Source of the DNA: Blepharisma stoltei ATCC 30299
Lineage: Eukaryota > Protista > Ciliophora
Direction of reading: 5' to 3'
Assembly: GCA_965603825.1 (NCBI GenBank)
Contig: CBFDEM010000011.1
Location: forward strand, 62,001 to 126,000
DNA: 64,000 nt
The translations under genes were made by a program, and so were the position numbers. Under the pieces are notes generated by a model. That model saw only the letters and a list, made by a program, of their open reading frames with translations, was not told the DNA's origin and made no database searches. This document shows, piece after piece, positions 45,777 through 58,400 of this stretch (the stretch's first letter is position 1; every line of letters starts with the position of its first letter).

Positions 45777-48700
45777 ATGCTTTACGATATCGATAATGGT
45801 GAATATCAGAGCGGAACTTTTCAAAGTTTTGGCTTTAATACATTCCAAACCATCACAAGAGACACCAAAATCATAAGAAGATATAAAAGCCAGGACCTTA
45901 AAAACAGGACACTAAAGGAAAAATTCGAGGATGAGATAGACAAGTTGCATGATTTTACTGATTTTCCTTTCTCGCCAAGCCTTTGTCAAAAAAGCCTCAA
46001 AATTCCTACTGCCAGAACTGAAACGGTTGAAAGATTTATGGAAAAAGGACATAAGCCTAAGAAACAGTTCAAGGTAAAGAGCTGGGTATTTAGACCAACT
46101 ATTGGGATATATAGACTAAGGCAGTTTTTGATGTCCCAAAAAAAAGGCCCTATGTATGTCCATGTAAAAGTGGCAGAAAATGGCCTGATTAAGGCCAATT
46201 CTGAGCTGAAATCAGGAAAAACCAAAAGTTTTTCTATGGATCAAGCTGCAGCAATAAAGGATGATGATTGGCTGAGCAGAAGTATGGATGAGAAAAATGA
46301 AGAAATTGGGAAAATAGAGATAGAAGGGATTGTGGATGAGAAAATGTTTTTGCAAGGCTTAGAGGAAATTCAAGAAAAAAGAGTTACTGATAGAGAGGAT
46401 ATAGACAAGCTGATAGAAACCAAGGAAAATGAAATTGAAGAGGTAAAGCATGAAGAAAAAATGCAAGAAAATAAGGAGAAAATTGAAGGAATTAAAGAAG
46501 AACATATTGGAGAGCATATAGAAACTAAAGAAGAAACAAAAGAAGAGATAAAAGAAGAAAAAAAAGAAGAGGTAAAAGAAGAAAGAAAAGAAAGTGACAT
46601 TGCTAGAGAGCTTAAAAAAAGCCTCACTTCTGTAAAAGAGAAAAAATCAAATGTTTTGACGAAATCAAAAACATTAAAAAAGACTTGAACTAAAGCTAAA
46701 AAGGAAGCAAAAGAAGAAACTGACAGAAAAATGTCACCAAAGCCAGAAGCAAAAGATCATCATGAAATTCATGTCAAAGAGACAGAAGATGCCTCAAAAC
46801 TTCACAAGATAGAAGAAGAGATCTCTGCTGAAGTGGCTGTAGAGACATCAAAAAGTGAAGAATTGACTAACAATCAGCAGCCAAAAGAAGAAATAGAAGA
46901 GCTGAAAGAAGACTTTAAGAACGAAGAGCCTACAGAAGAAGAAACTCCAGAAGAAGCCAAACTTTCAGTAAGAGGGGGAAAGAAGAGCGCCACAGGTTCA
47001 CCTGCAAAAAAATCTCTAAGGAAAATAGTAAAAGCAAAAACCTTCATATCAAGAATATCAAAAAAAATTGAAAAAGAAGGCAAAAGCGCAGAAAATACAC
47101 CCAAAAATGATAATTTAGATCTAAAGGCTGGCTTTCAGACATTGGCAGAAAAAGAGCCAGAAATTGAAATAAAAGTAGAAAAAGAAATAATCCCGACAGA
47201 AAATGCTGAAGCTATTCAAGAAACTCCTCAGACAATAGTTGAGCCTCCAATAATCAAAGAATTTTTTATTGAAAACAAAATAGGAGCAACTCCTGAATTT
47301 GTTGATGAAACTATAGATATCCATGAGGTTCAATCCAAGCCAGAAAGTATAATAGAAATTATTGAAGAGCCAGCCAAGCCTGAAACTTTTCCTCCAATAG
47401 AAAATCTTGATAATAAACAAGAAAATCTTGCTGAGTCTCCACAAAAACAAGCTTTGAATGCCCCAGAAGAAAATAAAAGCAAGAGAAGACACAAATCTAT
47501 GACTCATAGCCCTGAAAAAGAGCCAGAAAGTCTTCACAAGTCAAAGACTATCTCAAAAGATGAGCAAATTTCTCTTAAAAAAAGCCATTCTGTAGGTAAA
47601 GCAGAAGTGACGCGGAAAAAATCAGAAGAGGTGCATGAAATTAAAGAAAAGCAGGAATCGGAAGAAAATGAAAAAAATGAGCAGGAAAGTGGCCATGCGC
47701 CATGGAATGCTGCTGTTGAAGCTTTAGAAAAAGGAGAAACAATTACCGATGCAAAGCATGAAGGAAAAGCTAAACTTAGCTTGCCTGAAACAGCGATATC
47801 TGAAGAGAAAGCTATAGTTAAATCTCCTAAGCATGCCAGGTCACCCAGAGGTAAATCAAAAGTTGGAGCTTCTCCAAAGAATAAAGAAATGGCTCCAATA
47901 AAAATGCCAGACCCAGAGCCAGCTGCTCAAGAAGAAATAAAGTTAGAATTTTCTCCAAAGAATAAAGAAATACAACAATCTCCTTTTATTGAAGAAGTCT
48001 TAAAGGTAGAATCTCCAAAGCATAAAGCAATAATAGAGCATCCTATTACTGAAGAAGCCATAAAGGTAGAATCTCCAAAGCATAAAGAAAAAATTGAGAA
48101 TCCCATTACTGAAGAAACCCTAAATGCTGAGTCTCCAAGACATAAGATAATAATAGAGCATCCTATTGCTGATGAGACCATAAAAGCAGAGTCTCCAAAG
48201 CATAAAGAGCAACCTATTACTGAAGAAGTCTTAAAAGCAGAGTCTCCAAAGCATAAAGAGCATCCTATTACTGAAGAAGTCTTAAAAGCGGAGTCTCCAA
48301 AGCATAAAGCTCATCCTATTGCTGAAGAAGTCTTAAAAGCAGAGTCTCCAAAGCATAAAGAAATAATAGAGCATCCTATAGCTGGAGAAGCTTTACATCA
48401 AGAAGAATTCACAATACACATAGAAGAGCCTATTGAAGAAGCGCCTAAAGAAGAAACTTTACCAAAACACAAAGAAAAAGCTTCGCCAAAAATAACTAAA
48501 AAATCTCCAGTTAAAGAAGAACAGAAAAAAGAAGTGGCTGCAAAGCACAAAAAATCGCTTTCAAAGGAAGAAAATAAAAAAGAAGAGACAAAACATATAA
48601 GAAGAAAGACTCCACAAGCACATGAAATAACTGCTCACAGAGAAGAAAGCAAAAAAAATGAGTTAGAAGCCTCTAATGCATCAGAATTCAAAGAAAATGA

Positions 48701-51506
48701 ACTAAAAGTCCCTCAGGAATTAGATACTAAAGAGGAGGAAGAAGAAACTACCAAAAATGAGCTACAAGTGGCTGATTGAAAAGAAGAAAATATAGAAAAC
48801 CAATTGCAAGCCCCAGAGACGTCTGATCTTAAAGAGGAACATAAAAAAGAAGCAACAAAGGCTAAAAGAAAAGTCGAGCCTAAGACATCTGACGAGAAAA
48901 AAGAAGAAGTCAAACAGAAAAAAAAAGTTGACTCTAAATCAGCTGATGCTAAAGAAGAAAAAAAAGAAGTGGCAAAACATACAAGAAAAAAGACTCCACA
49001 AGCGCCTGAAGTCAAAGAAGAAAACGAATTACCTGAAACTTCTGATGCAAAAGAAGAAAATAAAAAAGAAGCGCCAAAACATATGAGGAAAAAAACACCT
49101 CAAGCTCCTGATAGTAAAGAAGAAACAAATGAGCCTGAGGCATCTGATGTAAAAGAAGAAAATAAAAAAGAAGCTCCTAAAAGTGCAAGAAAAAAAGATG
49201 AAAAATCTGAAGTCAAAGAAGAAAATAAAAAAAAAGCTACGAAGCTGAAAAAGAAAGAAGAGCCACAAGCACATGAGGTAGCTCATATAACAGAAGATTC
49301 TTCATCCCAAATTTTAGAAACACATCCTAAGGATGAGCAGAAAATAGAAGCTTCATCGTCTGAAATTAATCCTGTGAAAAATCAAGAGGCAGCTGTAGAG
49401 GAGCCTATCAAAAAAATTATTGATGAAGAAAAATCTATACAGGCTGAAATTATTAAAGAAGAGCATAATATTGAACCAGGGGTTACTAGTGAAGAGCTTA
49501 AAGCTGAAGCACCAGTTATTAAAGAAGAGCCTAGAGTTGAAACACCAGCTGAAGAGAAAAAAACCAAGGCTAAAGCCCCAATTAAAAAAGCAAAGGCTAA
49601 AGTTGAAGTAAAAGCTAATGAGGATGGTCCTAAAGCTGAAGCAGAAATTATTGAGCCAAAAGCTGAAGAATCAGCTACTAAGGAAGAGCCTAAAAACAAA
49701 GCACAAACTGAAGAGAAAAAGACTAAGGCGAAAGCACCAGTTAAAAAAACAAAGGCCAAAGTTGAAGCAAAAGTCACTGAGGATAGTCCTAAAGTTGAAG
49801 CTGGGATAATTAGCGAAGAGCCTAAAGTTGAAGCACCGATTAAGGAAGAGCCTAAAACTGAAGTGCCAATTGAAGAGAAAAAAACTAAAGCAAAAGCACC
49901 AGTTAAAAAGGCAAAAGCTAAAGTTGAAACAAAAGTTGTTGAAGACCCCAATGCTGAAGCAGACATTATTAATGAAGCACCAATTAAAGAAGATCCTAAA
50001 GTAGAAGCACAAAAGGCTGAGACAAAAACTAAAGCTAAAGCGCCAGTTAAAAAGGCAAAGGCTAAAGTTGAAACAAAAGCTGTTGAAGAAAGCCCTAAAG
50101 TTGAAGCAGAAACTATCAGTGAGGAAATTAAAACTGAACTGCCAGCTATAAAGGAAGAGCCTAAAGTTGAGGTACCAGTCACAGAAAAAAAGACTAAGCC
50201 TAAAGTAGCAGTTAAAAAAGCGAAAGTTAAAGTGGAAGAAACACCAGCTGTTAAGAAAAACCCAAATGTTGAAGCAGAAATTATTAGTGAAGAGCTTAAG
50301 GCTGAAGCACCAGCTATCAAAGAAGAGCCTAGAGTTGAAACACCAGCTGAGGAGAAAAAAACTAAGGCTAAAGCACCGGTTAGAAAAACGAAGGCTAAAG
50401 TTGAAGTAAAAGCTACTGAAGATGCTCCTAAAGCTGAAGCAGAAATTATTGAGCCAAAAGCAATTATTAGTGAAGAGCTTAAAGCTGAAGCACCAGCTAT
50501 TAAAGAAGAACCTAAAATTGAAGCACCAGCTGAAGAGAAAAAAACCAAAGTTAAAGCACCAATTAAAAAAGCAAAGGCTAAAGCTGAAGTAAAAGCTACT
50601 GAGGATGGTCCTAAAGCTAAAGCAGAAATTATTGAGCCAAAAGCTGAGGAATCAGCTATTAAGGAAGAGCCTACAAATAAAGCACAAACTGAAGAGAAAA
50701 AGACTAAGGCAAAAGCACCAGTTAAAAAGACAAAGGTCAAAATTGAAGCAAAAGCCACTGAGCATGTTCCTAAAGCTGAAGCAGGAATAATAAGCGAAGA
50801 ACCCAAAGCTGAAGCTCCGATTAAGGAAGAGCCTAAAACTGAAGCGCCAATTGAAGAGAAAAAAACTAAAGCAAAAGCACCAGTTAAAAAGACAAAAGCC
50901 AAAGTTGAAGCTAAATCTTCTGAAGAAGTTCCTACAATCGCTGCAGAAACTATTAATGAAGAGCTTAAATCTGAACCACTTATTAAAGAAGAGCCTAAAG
51001 TTGAAGCATCTACTACAGATAAAAAGACCAAAGCGAAAGCACCAGTTAAAAAGACAAAGGCCAAAGCTGAAGCAAAAGCTAATGAAGAAAATTCGCAAAA
51101 AGAGGCTTCTGAGAATCCTAAAATTGAAAATGCTCTTAATAAAAATCAAACAGAAATAATAATTGAAAGCTTAGGAGAGCCCAGCAGTGCTCCAAACGTT
51201 GAGGAAAACAAAATAAATGAAGAAACTAACATAAATACTCCTGAAAATGCCAGCAAGACAGAAGAAGTTAAAACAAATAAGCAAGCCCCTACTAAAAAAA
51301 ATGCTGCAAAAGCTTCAAGTAAAGCAGGTACAAAGCTTACTGTCAAAGCACAAATAAAGCCTGGGGTTACTAAAATTCTTAACTTTACCAGCACTGATAA
51401 TGCTGAAGAAATAGTTTCAGAATTTTCAGAAAAAAACGAACTTAGCAAAAAAGATAGAGATAATCTTCTCAAAGAAGTTTCTCAGCAAATAAAAAAAGCT
51501 AAATAA
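45777..51506 (+). CDS. 1909-aa E/K/P/A-rich repetitive protein with a small folded C-terminal domain
   Basis: ORFs 45777, 46731 and 48804 are in one frame linked by TGA at 46686 and 48777; ends in TAA. Confidence 0.85.
47991..48380 (+). repeat. Coding repeat, 7 x ESP[K/R]HK units of 17-20 aa
   Basis: Repeated gagtctccaaagcataaag / gaatctccaaagcataaag. Confidence 0.9.
49488..51090 (+). repeat. Coding repeat, 10 x ~50-60-aa units (EEKKTKAKAPVKKTKAKVE...AEIISEEPK...KEEPK)
   Basis: Counted in the translation; units 1-3 recur as units 7-9. Confidence 0.9.
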
Positions 51507-51944
51507 TTTAAATTTGAAAATTATATTTCACCATAATTTCATGGAAAATTCATGATTGTCTAGATATCTCATATATATTCTCTTTCTTCTTTTTGAAATA
51601 GTGATCATGAACATAGATCATATTAATTTAATCAAATTTCTTTTTAATATTCTTATAGTGATCCTTATGATCTACGCATTTAAATAAGCTTTATGCTTTA
51701 TAGCTTTCATTTTACTTCTTTTCTTCTCCCATTTATTATCATCTTGAGCATTCTTGATTCCTGACAATTTTATTATGAAATAAAACAGCACGAAAGAGCC
51801 AAAGCAGCATGGTTTGATTTTATAGCAAAAATTAACCCTTAAAACTTATAATTTTAATTGATATTTTAACTTTTCATTTATTTTCTGCTGATTTGCCTAA
51901 ATTGCGCATCTGCGTAATGAAAATTAATAAAAAATATCAATAAA

Positions 51945-52235
51945 ATGATAAGAGGATCAAGAAATATTTTAGGACTAGCAAGAAGATGGTTTGCAACAAG
52001 CCTAGAAGAGATCGAAGCTACAATTTTTGAAGTTTTAAAGCAGCATGAGAAAGTAAATCCTGTTCTGCTATCAAGGACATCTGCTTTTAGAGATCTAAAC
52101 CTTGATAGTTTAGATACAATTGAGGTTGTTGTGAATCTTGAAGAAAAATTTAGGATTGACTTAACAGAGGATGATGCCTTAAAAATACATAGTGTTATGG
52201 ATGCTATTAATATATTCCAAAAGTATAAAAAATAG
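51945..52235 (+). CDS. Mitochondrial acyl carrier protein
   Basis: Arg-rich presequence; DLNLDSLDTIEVV phosphopantetheine-serine motif. Confidence 0.93.
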   Translation: MIRGSRNILGLARRWFATSLEEIEATIFEVLKQHEKVNPVLLSRTSAFRDLNLDSLDTIEVVVNLEEKFRIDLTEDDALKIHSVMDAINIFQKYKK

Positions 52236-52481
52236 ACAAGTTTATATCATAGATAACTAGGAATTTAAGCTATTTTCAGTGATTTTAATAAAATTTTTGA
52301 TAAAAATTGCATGTATTCCATTTGCAATATTTATCTTACGAATGCTGACTTAAGGTGTTTACCTAAAAAAACTATAAACAAACGTTTGGTCTCCTTATTC
52401 TATATCTTAAATTATTATTGATCACTTATTACCTCTTCTTTCCATAAATGTCCACCATTCTTATAATTAACAGTTATACCC

Positions 52482-55400
52482 ATGCTAAGGGATCAAGAGC
52501 AAAAGGTATTTTGGAAACCCTTCAAACAAGGAGGAATGGCTCCTCAACCAAGATCAGGTCACAGTTTCACTCAAGTCGGCTCATCCTACGTCCTTTTTGG
52601 TGGTGTCTCAACAGAGCAGAAAGATCGAGCTTGTCCTAACAATGACGTTTATACTCTCAGAGTTCTTGTCAACGATGGTGTATGGTCCAAAGAAAAGCCA
52701 AGAGGCGATATCCCTCTACCTCGTACGCATCATGCTGCATGCGAGTTACCAGGTGATCGCCTTTTGATTTTTGGCGGCCTTTATACATCTAGCAAAAGAT
52801 TCAATGATACTTACATATTGCATGTACCGTCTATAACCTGGAGTCAGCCTCCTAATCAAAAATCAGGAAGAGAGCCTGATAATTCTCCTAGCCAAATTGG
52901 AGCGCCAGAACCAAGAGCATTCTGCACTGCAAGTTTGATTGACAAAAAAGTTTACATCTTCGGAGGCTATGGAGGAGTTTACTACCAAAGCAAAGCTTTT
53001 AACGATATTTACATGCTTAACATCGAAAACTGGGAATGGAGCAAAATCGAAGCAACTGGTCAAGTCCCAGAACCTAGAACAGGACATGCAGCATGCGTAA
53101 TCGGATCAAAATTACTGATATTTGGAGGATGCTCAAATAATACCCAATTCAATTCATGCCACTTATTTGATCCAAACACTAGAGAATGAAGCGATATAGA
53201 GCTTACTTATGGAATCCCCAGATGGAATATGTCAGCTATTTTCGTCGAAGCCATCCCATCAAACAAATTTTTCATTTTCGGAGGATCCGTAGGAGATTTT
53301 GATGAAGGCTCACAAAGAAATATCGGAAAATTATCCAATGATGTATTTGTGCTAGACATAAATACAATGAGATTTGACAGGGACTCAGACAAAGTCCAAG
53401 AAGAATTATTATCAATCCCTGAAGAAGAAAAATTTTTACCTAGGCCAAGAGAGTATGGAAGTATGGTATTCGACAGATCAGAAAGCAGAATTCTAGTATT
53501 TGGAGGCTGGAATGGAAACTGGCTAGGAGACTTAAGCACTTTAAGTGTTGCAAAAATTGTAGGGCCACCTTATGCAGTTGAAGAATGCCACCCATCCTTA
53601 GGACCACTTACAGGAAAAACAAAAATCACTATAAGAGGTGTAGGATTCCAAGACACATCACAAATTTCAGTGCGTTTTGTTTGCCACAAGCAAGTGATCA
53701 ACGTCAATGCAACTTATGTCAGTGAAACTGAAATTACTTGTGAAAGCCCAAGCTTTGAAGCAATTGGTCCAAAAGAAGCAGAAGTCCGTGTCTCGTTTAA
53801 AGGTGGAGCTTATACCATTACTCATACCACATTTAAATACTTTATGAACACTAGAGCGCTTAAATCACTTGCATATGGGCCAGGTCTCTTAAAAGATGGA
53901 GCAGCAGGAGTCCCCACAGTTTTCTTCATTCAAGCCCGTAATGACCTTGGAGAAAACAGAAAATCAGGTGCTGATAACTTCATAGTAAAAATTACAGCTG
54001 CGGACCTTGAAATTCCTTTTACAATTGTAGATCGTGATGATGGCTCTTATGAAGTTACTTTTACCCCACCGGAAAATGAATTAAACGTTGAAGTCCTATT
54101 CGAAGACGAAAAACAGCAAATCACTCACATCCGTGGCTCACCATTCCACCCTTACTTCAAAAGTGGGGTGTCTAATAAAAACAACGATCCATTAGGTCCA
54201 GCTATGAATAACTTCATCCATGGTACTCTTTCAGAGCTAGAAGAATTCATAAACCTGACTCAAGATGGTATCAATATTAAGCACAAGCATTTAGGCGATG
54301 ATGTAAAGCAACTGCTTAAAGTGAAAAAACATATTGAAGACGTTGAAGAAAGAGGTGATGAAGTAATCTTGAAAATGGACGAACTTGATGAAGCTCTACA
54401 GATGTTCGAAAAAAATGACCATCCCAAAGACAGTGAATCTAAAAAACTCAAAAAACTGACTGAAAATTGGGTTGGACTACAGAAAAAAGCTAAAGAAGTG
54501 AAAAAAGATATAGCACCAATGGTAGCTACAGAAGCTGATAAATGCAAGCAGCAAATTAAAAATTTTGAAGAAGAACTTAAGGTGTACTTTAATAATGTAA
54601 AGAAAAAAGATTTCCAAAAATACGAAACAGGAGTCTACAACGCTCTTAAAAGTTTAACTGAAGAAGAATCGAAACTTGGAAATGACCAAAATGCATTAGA
54701 TGAGCTAGAACATCTTGCTATTTATTTTGGGTTCCCAGAAGCAGTCACTGGATGTCTTAAACAGCTAGAACAAAACCAATTTGATGTGAAAACTATGAGA
54801 CAGCTATGGAACCATATAGAAAAAGTCTTAGCTATGTATGACAAGTATTTAGGCTCAACCTGGTCAGAAATCCAATCGAGTGAATGGGAAGAAGACAATA
54901 AAAAGCTGATGGGTAATCTGAGAGAAATGAAAGCTGACAAAAAGTCAAGCGCTTTCCAAGGTATTAACGCCACTATGAAAACCTGGGCTACTTTCTTACC
55001 ACTAGTAACTCAGCTAAAAGAAGACTGTATGATGGACCGCCACTGGTCTCTCCTCAAAAAAGTCCTCAGCCACGAATTCACCATTAACGAGCATTTTACC
55101 TTACAAAGACTCTATGACATGCACCTTCATAAATATTCAGAACAGGTCGAAGAAATCGTTGACCAAGCCAGAAATGAAGCCAAAATGGAAAAAACATTAC
55201 AAAAAATCAAAGAAACCTGGGACGTCGTCACTTTTGAAAGGCAGCAGCACAAGAATACCGATGTGCAGCTCCTAAGAGTCTCTGAAGAAAACTTTGAGGT
55301 TCTCGAAGAGCACATGGTGAGTGTCCAGAACATGTTTGCTAGCAGATATTTGGCATATTTTGAAGAACTTGTGGTATATTGGCAAAGAGCTTTAAGCAAT

Positions 55401-58400
55401 ATTTCTGATAACACCCAGCTATTAGCAGAAGTCCAAAGATCGTGGTCTTTCTTAGAAAATCTTTTCATACATTCAGCAGAAGTCAAAAAGGAGCTTCCAC
55501 AGGAGTCAGAAAAATTCATTGATATTGATAAAGAAGTCAAAGAAATCATGAAACAAGGAGACTCACTAGATATCGTCAAAAACTTCTGTATGCTTGAAGG
55601 CATTGGAAAAAGGCTTGAAAAAGTCCAAGAAGAGCTTGCTATGTGTGAGCGCGCACTTAATGAGTTCTTGGACCGCAAAAGAGAAGCTTTCCCTAGATTT
55701 TATTTCGTGTCCACTATGGATCTATTAGATATTCTATCTAATGGTAATAATCCTAAAAGAATCATGCGCCACATGTCAAAAGTATTTTTAGCTATCCAAG
55801 AGCTTATTCTTGAAGAAGGCGGCGAAAGGCCATTTGCAACTGATATTATTTCCTGTGTAGGCACCGAACAGGTTAAATTTTACAGAAAGCAAGAGCTGAA
55901 AGGCAAAGTTGAGTCTTATTTGTCAGATTTAATTGACTGTATGAGACAAACATTGAGAGAAATTGTTGAAAAATCAATTGTGGAGTTCGGGAGAAAACCA
56001 AGAGAACAGTGGCTGAAAGAAGATCCAAGTCAGGTCAGTTTGTTAGTCAATTTAATGGACTGGGTTAATAAGACAGAAGATGCTTTTAGAGCGCTAGGAC
56101 ACGATAAAGAAGCATTGGCAAAATATCATAAATATGTAATTGGTGCCTTGACAAGCCTAATTAAGATGGTCCAAGGAGACTTAGACAGACCAGTCAGAGT
56201 AAAAGTTATGTGTATGATTACTATGGATACTCACTCGAGAGATATCTTAGAAAAGCTTTGCGGAGAAGGTGTAACCAGAGATGATGAATTCCAATGGCAG
56301 TCTCAGCTTAAAGCTTATTGGACTGCTGATACCAAATCTACAGTCCTCAGAGTCTGCGATGCCCAGATCCAATATGGCTATGAATATCTCGGAAACGGTG
56401 CAAGACTTGTCGTCACCCCTCTTACTGACAGAATTTATGTGACAGCCACACAAGCTTTGCATCTAAAAATGGGCTGCGCCCCTGCAGGCCCTGCTGGTAC
56501 AGGCAAAACTGAGACCACCAAAGATTTAGCATCTGCTAGTGGGAAAGCTTGTTACGTCTTTAACTGTTCAGACCAAATGGATTATCAGTCAATGGGAAAC
56601 ATCTTTAAAGGTTTGGCTGCTTCAGGCTCATGGGGTTGTTTTGATGAGTTCAATAGACTTGTCCCTGAAGTGCTGTCTGTGTGTTCTGTCCAATTCAGAG
56701 CAGTCACTAACGCAATTAAAGCTGGTCGTCAAAGATTTGAGCTAGAAGGCTCTGAGGTCGCCTTAGACCCTACTTGTGGTGTTTTTATCACTATGAACCC
56801 TGGCTATCTTGGTCGTTCTGAACTTCCTGAAGGTCTAAAAGCCTTATTTAGGCCAATCACAGTCGTCGTGCCTGATCTTGAGCTTATTTGTGAAAACATG
56901 CTTATGGCTGAAGGCTTTATTGACGCTAAAATTTTGGCAAGAAAATTCACAGTGCTGTATGCACTTTGCAAAGATTTGTTGTCGAAACAGCTTCACTATG
57001 ATTGGGGTCTTAGAGCCATTAAGTCTGTGCTGGTCGTCGCTGGTGGGTTTAAACGTGCAGAACCACAGCTTGCAGAAGAAGCGCTGCTTATGAGAGCACT
57101 TAGAGATTTCAACCTTCCTAAGATTGTAGAAGAAGATTTGTCTATTTTCCATGGGCTGCTTGTTGATCTTTTCCCTGGAGTCAAAGTAAATCCTAAGGTG
57201 GATTTAGACTTTGAAGCTGTAATTCAAGGCTGCTTAGAAGATGCCAAGCTTTATCCTGAAAGAGAATGCATCAAAAGAGTAGTCCAGCTTCAAGAACTGT
57301 TAGAAATCAGACATTGTGTCTTTATTATGGGCCCACCTGGATCTGGGAAGTCTACAACCTGGAAAATGCTTGTAAAAGCAAATGACAAATGTGGCAGAAA
57401 AACTACTGCAGTTGATATCAGCCCGAAATCCATATCTACCAATGAACTGTACGGGCATGTCCTCATGGCCACTCGTGAGTGGAAAGATGGAATTCTCAGC
57501 AAAACTATGAGATCCCTCGGAGATATAACTGATACACTACCTAAATGGATCATTTTAGATGGAGATTTGGATGCAAACTGGATCGAAAGTATGAACTCAG
57601 TCATGGACGATAACAAAATCCTTACCTTAGCTTCAAATGAGCGTATCCCTCTTAAGCCTCACATGAGAATGCTTTTCGAAATTCGTGATTTACGCTTTGC
57701 CTCTCCTGCCACTGTGTCTCGTGCTGGTATTCTGTACATATCAGACACCTCAGGCTACCAATGGCGAGCTTTCTATAAAGCCTGGATCGCCAGAATGACC
57801 TATGACGACGCTACCAAAGAAAACCTAAACAAGCTTTTCGAAAGATATGTCCAGAAAACCCTAAATTACCTCAAAAAATCAGTCCAATTTGTAGTGCCAG
57901 TCGTCGATATCAACCTAGTATCATCACTTTGCTCTATGCTTGAAAGCTTACTTGTAGGCGAAATCAAGGCTTTGGAGTACTGGTTTGTCTTCTGCACAGT
58001 ATGGGCTATAGGTGGCTGCTTAAGCGAAAAAGATGGAAATGACTATAAAAAGAATTTCTCAAACTGGTGGAAACAGAAGTGGAAGACTATTAAATTCCCT
58101 GGAAAAGGGACCATTTTTGACTATTTCGTCAATTATGAGTCGTCGAAATTTGAAGAGTGGGGAGAACAGGTCAAGCCTTATGAGTTCGACTCCTCGACAC
58201 AGAAAATGAACAATGTGACAGTCCCGACTACTGAGACCGTATCAAACTCGTACTTCATACAGGCGTTTATTAATATAGGAAAACCAGTTTTATTGATAGG
58301 AAACGCTGGGTGTGGGAAAACACAACTGAGCAAAGGTGTGCTAAGAAGCTTGAACCCTGAACAATTTTGCTTTGTAGTTATCAACTTTAACTTCTACACT

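Noticed and set aside
49382-51064. 560-aa hydrophobic antisense ORF
   Set aside because: Shadow of the E/K/A/P repeat codons on the plus strand; no independent evidence.
47991-51090. CRISPR-like or transposon-derived repeat array
   Set aside because: Repeats are in-frame coding units without unique spacers; no cas gene, transposase or terminal inverted repeats were seen in the window.
52448-52481. Upstream ATG 52448 as dynein start via a tiny intron
   Set aside because: Would need a 16-nt GT..AG; the only candidate is 24 nt and does not fix the frame.
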